From an uncultured virus (IMG/VR IMGVR_UViG_3300042287_000536) (Duplodnaviria > Heunggongvirae > Uroviricota > Caudoviricetes): DNA of 64,000 bases. The notes below the pieces were generated by a model that was not told where the DNA came from, ran no database searches, and worked only from the letters and a program-made list of their open reading frames with translations. The stretch is taken from IMG/VR virus record IMGVR_UViG_3300042287_000536. One strand, 5' to 3'. Position numbers and translations under genes: made by a program. Shown here piece by piece: positions 45,916 to 56,186 of the stretch (position 1 is its first letter; the number at the start of each line of letters is the position of its first letter).

Positions 45916-48618
45916 TTAAATATATTCTACATCATATCCTTGTGCTCTTAACTCAGCAATCTCATCTTCATTTAAATCTTCTTCATAAGATTCTTCTTCA
46001 GCTGCACCACCTGTTGCATAACCACCATATCTCATTGGTTGTTGTTGAGGTTCTTGACCACCTTGTAATTGTTGCATTACAGCTTGTATGATTTGTATTA
46101 CTTGTTCTTGAGGTATACCCATTTCAACTAATTGTTTAGCAACTTGTTCTGGTTTTGCACCTTGCTGTAACATTGTAGCAACACCTTGCATAACTTGTTG
46201 AGGATCAGGTTGTTGTTGTTGTTGCATACCACCATCTTGAAAAGATCCACCATAAGCACCATATCCAGCAAATTGAACAGGTACCATATCATCAGGTCTA
46301 AACATTCCTGAGTTAGGATCATAGTCACCTCTACTTTGTGCATTACCCGGAGTAGATACAAAAGCATTATCTGCTAATCTTAGTTCTCCTAATTTTTGTT
46401 CATTCTTAGCATTTTGACCAGCCTCTAAAAAACTAGATGCCATATTGGTTCCTGCAATCATAGCATTAGCCATTCCTTCCCCACTAAATCCTGGTCTTCC
46501 TTTTTGAGTAATAGTAGCTGTTTTATCAACCCCCATTCCATTCATTATGGTATTTTTTTGTTGTATACCTACTGACTCAGGTGTAGAAAAAGCTGGTTGA
46601 GGAGTTCCTTGATAAGAAATATTTGAAGGAGCTGCTCCTGGTGCATTACCTATTGGAGTAAAAGAACCTTGATTAGTCATAGGATTAGAACTTAATCCCA
46701 TATTACCAGTAGCTGAACTTAAGCCTGTAGCATTACCAAAATTATCATAAGTACCATCAGCAGCATTTGTACTCATATGATCTTTACCATATTGAGCTTT
46801 TGATAAGCCACCATATTTTTGTTGTTTATTATATATTATTGTTTGATTTGTTCCTTCAATTGAATTATCCATTGCATTTTGCATAGAATTAATAGAATTA
46901 TTTGAACCAGATGATTGAGAATAATTATTTTTAGGTGTTAATTGACTATCCATAAAAATTTGCTTAGGTATAAAACCTTGCATAGCATCTGTTGTTGAAG
47001 TATTATCAACTCTTGGTCCAACTAATGGAAGAGCAGCTTGTTCTTCAAATGAAGGTTGAGTAGTATTATTCTTTAAATCTACTTGAATAGGATCTTGTTT
47101 ATTTTCAGTAAAAGGAGCTTGATCTTTATAACCAAAAGTCATTTTAGTTTTACTCCAAGGACCAAAGTGTCTATGACTAAATTCTTTAAGATTAGTTGAA
47201 GGATTATCTGCAAGTTGCTTCATTATTCCTACATCTTTTTTAGAAATCTTATTAAGTTGATTATAGTTCATAGGAATATAATTCATTCCTCTTGTTCCTT
47301 GAGAACCAAAATACCTAGCATAGTTAGCTTCATTTTGTTTAGCCTTTCTTTGTTCATCCATCCACTCCCATTCTTCTGCTGACATGTTTCTTGAACCAGT
47401 TTGAGTTCCTTCAGCAGCATAAGAAACAGAAGTTTTAGTATAAGGATTAGCAGTAGCTCCTAAGTATTTCATAGACTGTCCAAAATTACTAAAGTCATTT
47501 TTTAAATTAGATTGTGTATCATCTATTCTTTGTTGATACATGCTCTGCATTGCTTGATTCTGTTTATTAAACTGAGGTTCTTGATTATAACCACCAGCAT
47601 AACCACCCATTTGTTTAATCTCATTACTAAATGATTCTTGTTCTTCATTCATTAAAGCATTCATAGTATTATTCTTAATACCATTTTTAAAAGCTTGAGT
47701 AATACCTTGAGGATAATTATCAGAATTACCACCTTGAGTTACAGTATCTCCACCATAAGCTTTCTTCATCTTCTTTGAAGCAGCCTTAATAAGGTTCAAT
47801 AAATTATATTTTCCTCCATCTTCAAAAGTAGGATAAGACATGTTATTACTAGCATCTAGTACACCACCATCTTCTTTTACCATACCACGATATTGGTTAT
47901 ATGTATCTGCAAATACAGGAGGTTGAGAGGGAACTTTTCCAGCAGCTAAATCTTGTCTTGCTATATACTCTTGTAAAGCAGCATGTTTAGCAGTATTACT
48001 TTGCCATCCATTATATTCATTTTCTTGACCACTTGGTGAAGTTTGATAGACATTGTTTCTATTTTTTGAAACTCTATATGAATAACCTGGTTGAAACTCA
48101 GGTTTTTCTAATTGTCTCATTACATTAGTACTATCTCTTTTAGATAAAGGAGTATACTTATAATTAGGATTATTACCTCTTTGTGCTTTTGGTAAACCTC
48201 CACCATAAGCCATAGGTACATTAAATGATCCATAGTTAGTAGGAGAATTATAATCTCCACCACCATCTTCCATGTATCCACCTTCTTCCATATAACCACC
48301 ACAATTCATACAAGGCATATCATATTCATTAGCACCATTTGGTAAACCTCCACCATATGCATAAGGTCTAGTAGGTCCACCATAATAAGGTGTACCACCT
48401 TCAGCAGCATAATAAGGATTACCCATAGGTACATTTACTGAGTCATTGTAATGAGATCCATAACTAAAGAACTCATCAGCAGTAGGTTGACCATTATGAG
48501 GTGCCCCACTTAAGCCACCAAGTTTCATTTGTTGGGCATTATCCCAATCTTCTTGGGTTGGATACATGTCATAGAACTCTTGTTCAGACATACCATTTAA
48601 CATTTCTTCTTTAGTCAT
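45916..48618 (-). CDS. Low-complexity cargo protein with many xxxGG motifs
   Basis: MKLGG, AAEGG, MEEGG, MEDGG, MAYGG, KEDGG, FEDGG, KAYGG, QKYGG, FQDGG, MRYGG, YATGG; start moved to the ATG at 48618, after the promoter. Confidence 0.7.
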   Translation of the reverse strand: MTKEEMLNGMSEQEFYDMYPTQEDWDNAQQMKLGGLSGAPHNGQPTADEFFSYGSHYNDSVNVPMGNPYYAAEGGTPYYGGPTRPYAYGGGLPNGANEYDMPCMNCGGYMEEGGYMEDGGGDYNSPTNYGSFNVPMAYGGGLPKAQRGNNPNYKYTPLSKRDSTNVMRQLEKPEFQPGYSYRVSKNRNNVYQTSPSGQENEYNGWQSNTAKHAALQEYIARQDLAAGKVPSQPPVFADTYNQYRGMVKEDGGVLDASNNMSYPTFEDGGKYNLLNLIKAASKKMKKAYGGDTVTQGGNSDNYPQGITQAFKNGIKNNTMNALMNEEQESFSNEIKQMGGYAGGYNQEPQFNKQNQAMQSMYQQRIDDTQSNLKNDFSNFGQSMKYLGATANPYTKTSVSYAAEGTQTGSRNMSAEEWEWMDEQRKAKQNEANYARYFGSQGTRGMNYIPMNYNQLNKISKKDVGIMKQLADNPSTNLKEFSHRHFGPWSKTKMTFGYKDQAPFTENKQDPIQVDLKNNTTQPSFEEQAALPLVGPRVDNTSTTDAMQGFIPKQIFMDSQLTPKNNYSQSSGSNNSINSMQNAMDNSIEGTNQTIIYNKQQKYGGLSKAQYGKDHMSTNAADGTYDNFGNATGLSSATGNMGLSSNPMTNQGSFTPIGNAPGAAPSNISYQGTPQPAFSTPESVGIQQKNTIMNGMGVDKTATITQKGRPGFSGEGMANAMIAGTNMASSFLEAGQNAKNEQKLGELRLADNAFVSTPGNAQSRGDYDPNSGMFRPDDMVPVQFAGYGAYGGSFQDGGMQQQQQPDPQQVMQGVATMLQQGAKPEQVAKQLVEMGIPQEQVIQIIQAVMQQLQGGQEPQQQPMRYGGYATGGAAEEESYEEDLNEDEIAELRAQGYDVEYI

Positions 48619-48622
48619 AATA

Positions 48623-48654
48623 CAAATATACAAAAATTAATACATATTATCAAG
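48623..48654 (-). promoter_or_regulatory. Bacteroidota-type promoter, 4 nt before the ATG
   Basis: Minus strand CTTG (48651-48654), 20-nt spacer, TATATTTG (48623-48630), then TATT-ATG. Confidence 0.7.
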
Positions 48655-50988
48655 CCATCCACCATCTTTATACTTTAATCCTGGTTTATATCTTTTCTTA
48701 CCAGCAGGTCCAAATAAAGTTTCATTTCTTAGCATTATATCATTAACACTAGATTGAATATTTTTAGATGTGTACTTCTTTAATCCTTTTTGACCACCTC
48801 TTCTAAATTCATCATCTAACCAACCTCCTAGTTCTTCTTGTTGTAAAGCTGCTGCTCCTAATGCACCAGTTCCTACATAAGGTAATGCACTTTTCATTGC
48901 ACCATAAACAGTATTTGGATCATTATAAAAACCAAAAGCTTTTCCTTTTTTTACACTATTATCCCAAAGCTCTCTAGAAGATTTTGTTTGAGAATTAAAA
49001 CCAGGTTTTACTCTACCTAAATCTAATCCTTTAAGATATTCATTAATAGATTCATAAGCACCACTACCTCTTCTTGGTTTCATATCTCCAAATACACTAC
49101 TTGATGTATTTCTCATATCTAATCCTGGAATACTTTTATAATATTCAGCATTAGCAATATCTTCAATATCCCCTCTCCATTGTCCTGGATTAATTCCTAC
49201 TGACCATACTGATTTTCCTTCTAATTTTTGATTAGCCATATTCTTTACAACTTTTTCATCAAAATACTTTAAAGCAGCTTGTTTGTCAGAAAAAGTAGGA
49301 GCATTTACATCTTTATTAAATTTCCATACATCTCCTTCTTTTCTTAAACCTGCTTTTTTAATTAACCAATCTTGAGGATTTTTATGATACAAGTCTAAGT
49401 TTTGTTTTTGTTTTCCTGTTAATTCTTTCTTAATAAATTGTTTAGGAGTTTCAAATATTAAGTTACCTCCTGGATCTAATCCTGTAACTTTGTACTCAAC
49501 TCCTGATTTATTATTTTTTGCAATTATATCATTTAGTAAATCAAGTCTTTCATTAAAAGCACTAGAGTATTCTTCATTGCTCATAGGAATTGCATCTTTT
49601 AATTGCATATTTCTTAAGTCTGTGTTATAAGCCATTTGATTAACTTCTGGTCCTAATTTATATGGTACAATTTCACCTGTAGGTTTCATAACACTTTCTT
49701 TAAAATCTTTTTCAGACATCTTAGAAATAGCTTCTTTATCTGTACCAGCAAATCTTTCTAAAGCTTCTTCTTTTGTTAAGCCTGATCTATTTACAGGTTT
49801 ATTAGGTAAAGTTTCAAAATTAGTCCAAGAAGAAGGGCTATTAATATTAGGTACTGTATAACCTGTATTAATAGGTGCATTAGGTCTTAAATAATCTTCT
49901 ATATTTCCAAGACCTTCTCTATCTAAAAGATGTGTTTCAGCATATGTCAAAAATCTATCATTGTTGTGCCAAGCATTTCTTGCTATATCTACAGGATCAG
50001 TAAAATTCATTAAACCTCTAGTTTCAGGTGTAATAATAAAATCATCAATTATAGGTTGTTGTTGCCATACTCTTTGTGATACTGGATCTAAGTTACTAGC
50101 AGCATATTGTTCATATGATGGTGGTGGTGGTATATCAAAATGTTGTGGTTGAAAATTATTAATAGTTTGTTCTTCTAATTTCTTCTTAGCTAAGTTTTTA
50201 GATCCTGAACTAAAAGCTTTTCCAAGAGCTGGTCCAGCCATCTCATTAGCTAAAGCTTCAGTCATAATATTTGAAGCTAAACCAGCAGTAGCACTAGGAT
50301 TATTTGTAGTAGCTGCAATTTCTTCAGGATTTAAATATCTAAATCTTGTTAATGCTGATGCCATGTTAGCAGCAGTTATGCCTAAGTCATTAGAAGGATT
50401 AGCTATTCTTGCTTTTACTTTATCACTATAAGCTTGTTCTGATGGATTAAGTTTTTTACCTTGAGATAATACAGGTTGTTCTGTAGCTTGATATCTAGCT
50501 GCTTTCTCAGCTTGTGCTTGTGCTTGTAATGCCTGTAATGTTTTTATAGGAACTTTAGAAACTCTAGTATTATCTTGATTAGATCTTTCTCCTTTAGCTA
50601 AAGTGTTTTTACTTAGCATATTTATAACACTGTTTTCATTATCTCCACCATCTTGATAACTATCTAACCAACCTCCTGTTGCCATATGAGTATCAGTCTT
50701 AGTATGTATTCCACCAAATGGAAACTGCATAGGATACTCTGTAACATACTGACCTGGAAACTGATAGTCCATGCCCGGGTACATCATCTGAGAATAACCT
50801 GTGTCATCTATACCTTGTACTGGATAGTTTACACCTTGCATAGTAATCTGGTTACTAGGAATCTTAGTTACCTGACCCGGATATTTCCATTGGCCAAGAT
50901 TACTATATACAACATCATGTTTATAAGGATTGGTTTTCCCTTTAGGTTTTATGATGTACTCATTTCTAGGTATCTTGTTTTGCTTCAT
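48637..50988 (-). CDS. Cargo protein with GQW.YPG N-domain, GGWLD repeats and possible GNAT-like C-terminal domain
   Basis: GQWKYPG...ITMQGV...MYPG.DY.FPG; three GGWLD; RRGSGAYESI...SQT.SSRELWD..VKKGKA. Confidence 0.6.
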   Translation of the reverse strand: MKQNKIPRNEYIIKPKGKTNPYKHDVVYSNLGQWKYPGQVTKIPSNQITMQGVNYPVQGIDDTGYSQMMYPGMDYQFPGQYVTEYPMQFPFGGIHTKTDTHMATGGWLDSYQDGGDNENSVINMLSKNTLAKGERSNQDNTRVSKVPIKTLQALQAQAQAEKAARYQATEQPVLSQGKKLNPSEQAYSDKVKARIANPSNDLGITAANMASALTRFRYLNPEEIAATTNNPSATAGLASNIMTEALANEMAGPALGKAFSSGSKNLAKKKLEEQTINNFQPQHFDIPPPPSYEQYAASNLDPVSQRVWQQQPIIDDFIITPETRGLMNFTDPVDIARNAWHNNDRFLTYAETHLLDREGLGNIEDYLRPNAPINTGYTVPNINSPSSWTNFETLPNKPVNRSGLTKEEALERFAGTDKEAISKMSEKDFKESVMKPTGEIVPYKLGPEVNQMAYNTDLRNMQLKDAIPMSNEEYSSAFNERLDLLNDIIAKNNKSGVEYKVTGLDPGGNLIFETPKQFIKKELTGKQKQNLDLYHKNPQDWLIKKAGLRKEGDVWKFNKDVNAPTFSDKQAALKYFDEKVVKNMANQKLEGKSVWSVGINPGQWRGDIEDIANAEYYKSIPGLDMRNTSSSVFGDMKPRRGSGAYESINEYLKGLDLGRVKPGFNSQTKSSRELWDNSVKKGKAFGFYNDPNTVYGAMKSALPYVGTGALGAAALQQEELGGWLDDEFRRGGQKGLKKYTSKNIQSSVNDIMLRNETLFGPAGKKRYKPGLKYKDGGWLDNMY

Positions 50989-53900
50989 TATCTTGGGGAT
51001 AAAAGGTTTTTAGTTTCTGCTAACATTACCAACATTTTTCTATTTCCTGATACTAACTTTCTTAATAACACAGTAACTTTATAATGTCTGAATTTCTTTC
51101 TTTGAAAAGGATCTTTATTATAGTTTAAGTTAAAAGAATTAAGTACTCTAATATAACCATTACTTGCAGTATCCCAAATAGGTCTTTCTGCAAATCCTGG
51201 AATCAAAGCATTAAAGTATTCTCCTCTATCTTCTGTAATATCCCAGAACTGATTAAATCTATATTTGTTTTCTTCCTTAGAGAATAGAACATTTATATTA
51301 GTAGGGTTAATAATAGGATAAGTTAATATAGCAGTAGGATTTTCTTTAGGATTAAGTATTAGTTTTAATAAGCCTGAAGTTTGTTCAGTGTTATAAATTG
51401 TAGCTTCATCAAAGTTATAATCTAATACATGAAATCTATCATAACCATTAGGAGAATACTTGTAACACTCTAAGTAATATTGGATACTTCTTAGAGAAGT
51501 TATTTCCTGACCAGTAGTAACTTGAAACTCAACTTCAAAAGGTTTATCTTCTCCATAGTAATTACAATATAGATCAAATCTTTCATTATGAATCCAAATA
51601 CTTTTACCATCTAAAGGACTAACAGTCATAAAGGTGTTCTTACCCGGAAGACAGAAGTTAGGATGCCAGTCATGATAACTTAACCAACCTTGAGTTTTAG
51701 GGTCAAAGCTTATAGTCCATGATGCCTCATCAAAATATAATGGCCAGTAAATATCATTAGGATTTCCTAATTGAATATTTAACATACCATCTACTAAGAA
51801 TTTATTACCACCTATATAAACAGGTTTTGATGCAAGATCTTTCTTTAAAGAATAATCTTTTTTAGTAAAGTATAATAAACCATTTTCATTATCATATACT
51901 GATTGACAAGAAAGACCAATAACTGGATTATCTAATAATTGAAAATTTGGATAATCATCAATTAACTGATAAGGTAAATATTGGTTAAACCACCATTTTA
52001 AATTTATATTAGATACTTCTTTAATACCACCTCCTGCAACAGTAAATATCTTACCTTGGTTTTGACTAATCCAATATACACCAGCAGGAGTATTAATAAC
52101 ACTCATTCTGTTTTGACAAGATCCATACTCATGAGAAGAATCTACATTAATAAGAGCTTGCAAAGGTTGTGAAAATAATCCACCATCACCAATAGTAAGT
52201 TTAGTTCCTAAGCCTGTTTCTAATTGATCAGTACCTTGGAATTGAACTGGGCTTGCTGCATCAAAGAATATAATAGCACCACTTTTATTTATAGGTTTAA
52301 TACAAGTAACTACATTATCAAAATCATAATAGTTATTTGCTAAGAATACTTTCCAAGCATCTTTTAAACCTTCATACTGAGCTGGTAAAGAATAGATAAC
52401 TCTAGTAGGTATATATACAAAACAAGTTTCTGCTATATAAGGATTATAAGTACTAGCTTGCATACTAGCCCAAGAAGTGTAATTTTTAAATAACTTAGTT
52501 ACACTTAATGATATATCATACTTGTAATAGTTACCTGCTTTAATTATAGCTGTATCAAATAAAGTTTTAGTATCACTACCAGAATAAGGATCATAAAATC
52601 TTTGTACATCTAACTCTCCTCTATCTCTATAAGCTACATTAATTTCACTTTCTACAAAAAAGTTTCTTACACCAGAATTAAATAAATAAAACCAACCTCT
52701 TTTATCAAATCTAAAAATATCAGGATTAAATGCACTTAATGAATTTTGAATAAAGGCTTCTCCATCTAAAGCATAGTAACTACTAGGTAATGTTAAACCA
52801 GCTGAACCACCAACTGAACCTCCAGTAATTGCAGTAAATATACTTGTAGTAAAATCACTTGTTTGAAATTCATTAAAGTTAGCCCAATAATGAGGATAAG
52901 GAACCATTACATGTTGAGAATAATCTAACTGTGCACCATCTGGTTGACCTTCTAACCAATCATAGAAAAAGAAAAATGTATTTTTTTCAGTATACTTGTT
53001 TATATAAACATCTCCACCAAATAATGTTTCTGTAGAAGAATATAGTGTAGCATTAGCACCATTAGAATCAAGAAAGTTACCATCATTATCAATATATACT
53101 CTAGTATAACATGGTGAAGTAGGTAACTGAACAATATTATTTAATTGGCTATATTGATTTTTTATTCTAACTTTTAATGCTCCATATAAAGATGAACAAG
53201 TTCTAACATATTCTGTGTTAAGTAAATTATCAATTGTTTTTTTATCAGCAGGTAATCCAGTTTGAGCTTCTGCTCCTGTAAATCTTGAGTCATCTGTTAT
53301 AAGGGGAAAACCAAAACTTGAAATAGATTCAAAATGTACTGTTCTACTTCTGAATAAATTGTTTATTTTATAGGTACTGTTTAAATCTAAAATTTCAGGA
53401 TTTAAATATTGTTGACTAACAAGTGAACTTCTAAATAAAGAACCTCTTGCATTAATATTATTATAGTAACCATATGAATGATATCTTACAGCAAAATCTC
53501 TATATCTAATTAATGCTTTCATTAATCTTAATATACTATCTGTACCATCACTAAAGTAATTTAAAAATAAAGGAGGAGCTGTTAAAAGCCCTAAAGGTCC
53601 AGCAGAGAAAATACTTATATCATCTAAATATCCAGGTGTTTGAACAACTTCTTGTGTTACAGTAGCTGCATTACCTGTATATCCAGCATTAATAATATCT
53701 TGAAAAAACTTATACCAAAAATTAGTACTTTTACCTAGTAAAGTTGAACCTAATACACCAGCATCAACAACTCCTTTAAATGGTTGAGTAACACCTTTAG
53801 TAGCAGCACCTATAGCAAGAAGGGCTATATCAGGTAAAGAAGGTAAATTACCTGTAGCATATCCACCTAATAATCCTCCAGAATATCCAACAGTAGGGTT

Positions 53901-56186
53901 TTTATAAGGTGTTTGTCTTTTACCATTGGCTGCTACTAATGCAATACCAATACCACCAATTCCAGCTATAATAAATGATAAGTTACTTACTAGTTTTTCT
54001 TTAGGATGTTTTTCAGATAAATCAAATTTACCTATAGTGTTTCCTGAAATATTAGTATATACTCTAAATTCTTTAGCAGCTAAAAAAGGATTAGAAAAGT
54101 TTGTATCTGGTGAATGAAAAGTATAATGTTTATCATTAAAAGCTGACTCTCCAATAAACCCACCAGGCATAGGATTAAAACCTGTAATAAAACCACTTAC
54201 AGCATCTGTTTTTGTTTCTCCCATACTTAAATAATCATCAGCTCTTAAATCATTGTAAGGATAGTTAGGCATTAAACCATTCTTACTAGATCCTGGTATA
54301 TTATACTCTCTCATGTTATTAATGATACCTTTGGCAATAACTGTTTTATTACCATTTCTTGTACCTCTTAATATTCTATAACCAATAATACCAGGAATTA
54401 ACTGCCCATCATTTGTTCTTGGAGCTCTAATATTTTCAAAAGTAACTCCCATTACTCTTATAGTAGTTCCACTACCTGAATTAAATAATGTAGCACTTCC
54501 TGAAGGATCACCTGAAACAATATCTTCAGGAAATTTATGATGTCTTATAGGTTTACCACAAAGATCATAGTCATCATTAGGAGTACCTACATAGGGAGGA
54601 GGTAAAACAGTACCAATACAAGGAAAAATAGGATTTAATGTTGACCAACAATAAAAACTAGCATTCCAAATCTCAGGATGCTTGTCTGGATAGTATTCAG
54701 TAGATTGCCAATAACCCATATAACCTTCAGCAATAACAACACCACCATCAGATAATGGAGTTCCTGGAGCACCTGTCCATGTTGCAGTATTATAAGTTTC
54801 AAATACCATTGTATCACCAACTAAAGCATTGTTAGTACTACCAGGAGGGGGAATATAATTCCAATCAGCTATTTCAGATATTGTAATAGATGGAATACTA
54901 TAAGGAATAGTATAAAGTAAAGGAGGTCTTCCTGGTATATGATATGAAGCAGATGTATCACCTGTATCATAAATCCATTCAATAAAAAAAGCATAAACCT
55001 CATCTCTCATGTAACCAGTTTTGTTACCTCCTTTATGATAGTAGTCTGAAGGATATTCTACTGATTGCCACTTAGTTACAATTTGATTTGCTAATGGTTG
55101 GTAGTTAAAATTCTCTTTTGATGTAGGCCCAACTCTTATTAAGTAATCTCCCACACTATACATAGCATCAGTCTTATTAACAATAGGAGTCATGATAGGT
55201 AACTGTTCAACAGGAATAGTTGGCCATGTATCAAAAATTGTATCAAAGCTTAATCTTCTTTGTCTTGTGCTATATAACCCTGCTTGTCTTACAACAGTTT
55301 GTTGATTAATAGTAGCAACTGTAGCAACTATGATTTGATCAAAAGTTTGATCTATGTTATCAATAAAAACATCTAAAGAACAAGAACTATTATTATGATC
55401 AAATAATCCTTGAGTATTAGATACATACCAATCACTCATCTTTTGACCATTTACAGAATAGGCCATAGCAACCATGTATGATCCATTTAATAAGTTACCA
55501 CCACTAAATCCTTTTTCTACTCTTGGACATATAGGTAATATATATTGAGCAAGTCTTAATTTATCACAATCTAATACAGGAGTGTTTGTACAAATTATAC
55601 AACCACCAGGATCAGTACCATTACTATCTACACAAGTTTGTACCCAAGGAATAGTACTTGTATATTGACCATTTACTTCAGAATCAAAAAGATTTGGATT
55701 AAAGTAATCTACACTAGTAGGATCAGTATCAATATAATCAACATTGATTTCCATAACCCTAGAAGGATTGATACTATCATCCCAATATATATTATAAGTA
55801 CAAGTACTTAAAGATCTTGATACACCAATTACTAAATTCTCTAATTGAAAACTAAGACAAGGGTCACTTACTAAAGGATCATATCTACAAGTTCCTTCTT
55901 TAAATAAACCTATTTCACAATTACCATATCCATCAGTAGAAAATATCACCCACTTATCAGTAATAATATGTATAGTTCCAATAACAATATTTGTTATATC
56001 TACACATTTTAAATTAGCTGGTTCATTACCTAGTTTACCTAAGTCACCAGTAACAGAATTATTAATTGCATTTCTAGCCTGGGTCCATTCATTTGAGGGC
56101 AAATGAAAGTCATTGACATCTTCATTTAAAGATTTATCAAATGTCCTTGGTTGTGAATTAGGTGTAGTATCTTGTTCTTGTGCCAT
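50988..56186 (-). CDS. Tail muzzle / stabilisation protein (crAss-type)
   Basis: 1732 aa beta-rich; GYMRDEVYAF.I, IRHHKFP, FHSPD, FGGDVYI, WTISF...WLSYHDW; directly follows the ring genes. Confidence 0.75.
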   Translation of the reverse strand: MAQEQDTTPNSQPRTFDKSLNEDVNDFHLPSNEWTQARNAINNSVTGDLGKLGNEPANLKCVDITNIVIGTIHIITDKWVIFSTDGYGNCEIGLFKEGTCRYDPLVSDPCLSFQLENLVIGVSRSLSTCTYNIYWDDSINPSRVMEINVDYIDTDPTSVDYFNPNLFDSEVNGQYTSTIPWVQTCVDSNGTDPGGCIICTNTPVLDCDKLRLAQYILPICPRVEKGFSGGNLLNGSYMVAMAYSVNGQKMSDWYVSNTQGLFDHNNSSCSLDVFIDNIDQTFDQIIVATVATINQQTVVRQAGLYSTRQRRLSFDTIFDTWPTIPVEQLPIMTPIVNKTDAMYSVGDYLIRVGPTSKENFNYQPLANQIVTKWQSVEYPSDYYHKGGNKTGYMRDEVYAFFIEWIYDTGDTSASYHIPGRPPLLYTIPYSIPSITISEIADWNYIPPPGSTNNALVGDTMVFETYNTATWTGAPGTPLSDGGVVIAEGYMGYWQSTEYYPDKHPEIWNASFYCWSTLNPIFPCIGTVLPPPYVGTPNDDYDLCGKPIRHHKFPEDIVSGDPSGSATLFNSGSGTTIRVMGVTFENIRAPRTNDGQLIPGIIGYRILRGTRNGNKTVIAKGIINNMREYNIPGSSKNGLMPNYPYNDLRADDYLSMGETKTDAVSGFITGFNPMPGGFIGESAFNDKHYTFHSPDTNFSNPFLAAKEFRVYTNISGNTIGKFDLSEKHPKEKLVSNLSFIIAGIGGIGIALVAANGKRQTPYKNPTVGYSGGLLGGYATGNLPSLPDIALLAIGAATKGVTQPFKGVVDAGVLGSTLLGKSTNFWYKFFQDIINAGYTGNAATVTQEVVQTPGYLDDISIFSAGPLGLLTAPPLFLNYFSDGTDSILRLMKALIRYRDFAVRYHSYGYYNNINARGSLFRSSLVSQQYLNPEILDLNSTYKINNLFRSRTVHFESISSFGFPLITDDSRFTGAEAQTGLPADKKTIDNLLNTEYVRTCSSLYGALKVRIKNQYSQLNNIVQLPTSPCYTRVYIDNDGNFLDSNGANATLYSSTETLFGGDVYINKYTEKNTFFFFYDWLEGQPDGAQLDYSQHVMVPYPHYWANFNEFQTSDFTTSIFTAITGGSVGGSAGLTLPSSYYALDGEAFIQNSLSAFNPDIFRFDKRGWFYLFNSGVRNFFVESEINVAYRDRGELDVQRFYDPYSGSDTKTLFDTAIIKAGNYYKYDISLSVTKLFKNYTSWASMQASTYNPYIAETCFVYIPTRVIYSLPAQYEGLKDAWKVFLANNYYDFDNVVTCIKPINKSGAIIFFDAASPVQFQGTDQLETGLGTKLTIGDGGLFSQPLQALINVDSSHEYGSCQNRMSVINTPAGVYWISQNQGKIFTVAGGGIKEVSNINLKWWFNQYLPYQLIDDYPNFQLLDNPVIGLSCQSVYDNENGLLYFTKKDYSLKKDLASKPVYIGGNKFLVDGMLNIQLGNPNDIYWPLYFDEASWTISFDPKTQGWLSYHDWHPNFCLPGKNTFMTVSPLDGKSIWIHNERFDLYCNYYGEDKPFEVEFQVTTGQEITSLRSIQYYLECYKYSPNGYDRFHVLDYNFDEATIYNTEQTSGLLKLILNPKENPTAILTYPIINPTNINVLFSKEENKYRFNQFWDITEDRGEYFNALIPGFAERPIWDTASNGYIRVLNSFNLNYNKDPFQRKKFRHYKVTVLLRKLVSGNRKMLVMLAETKNLLSPR

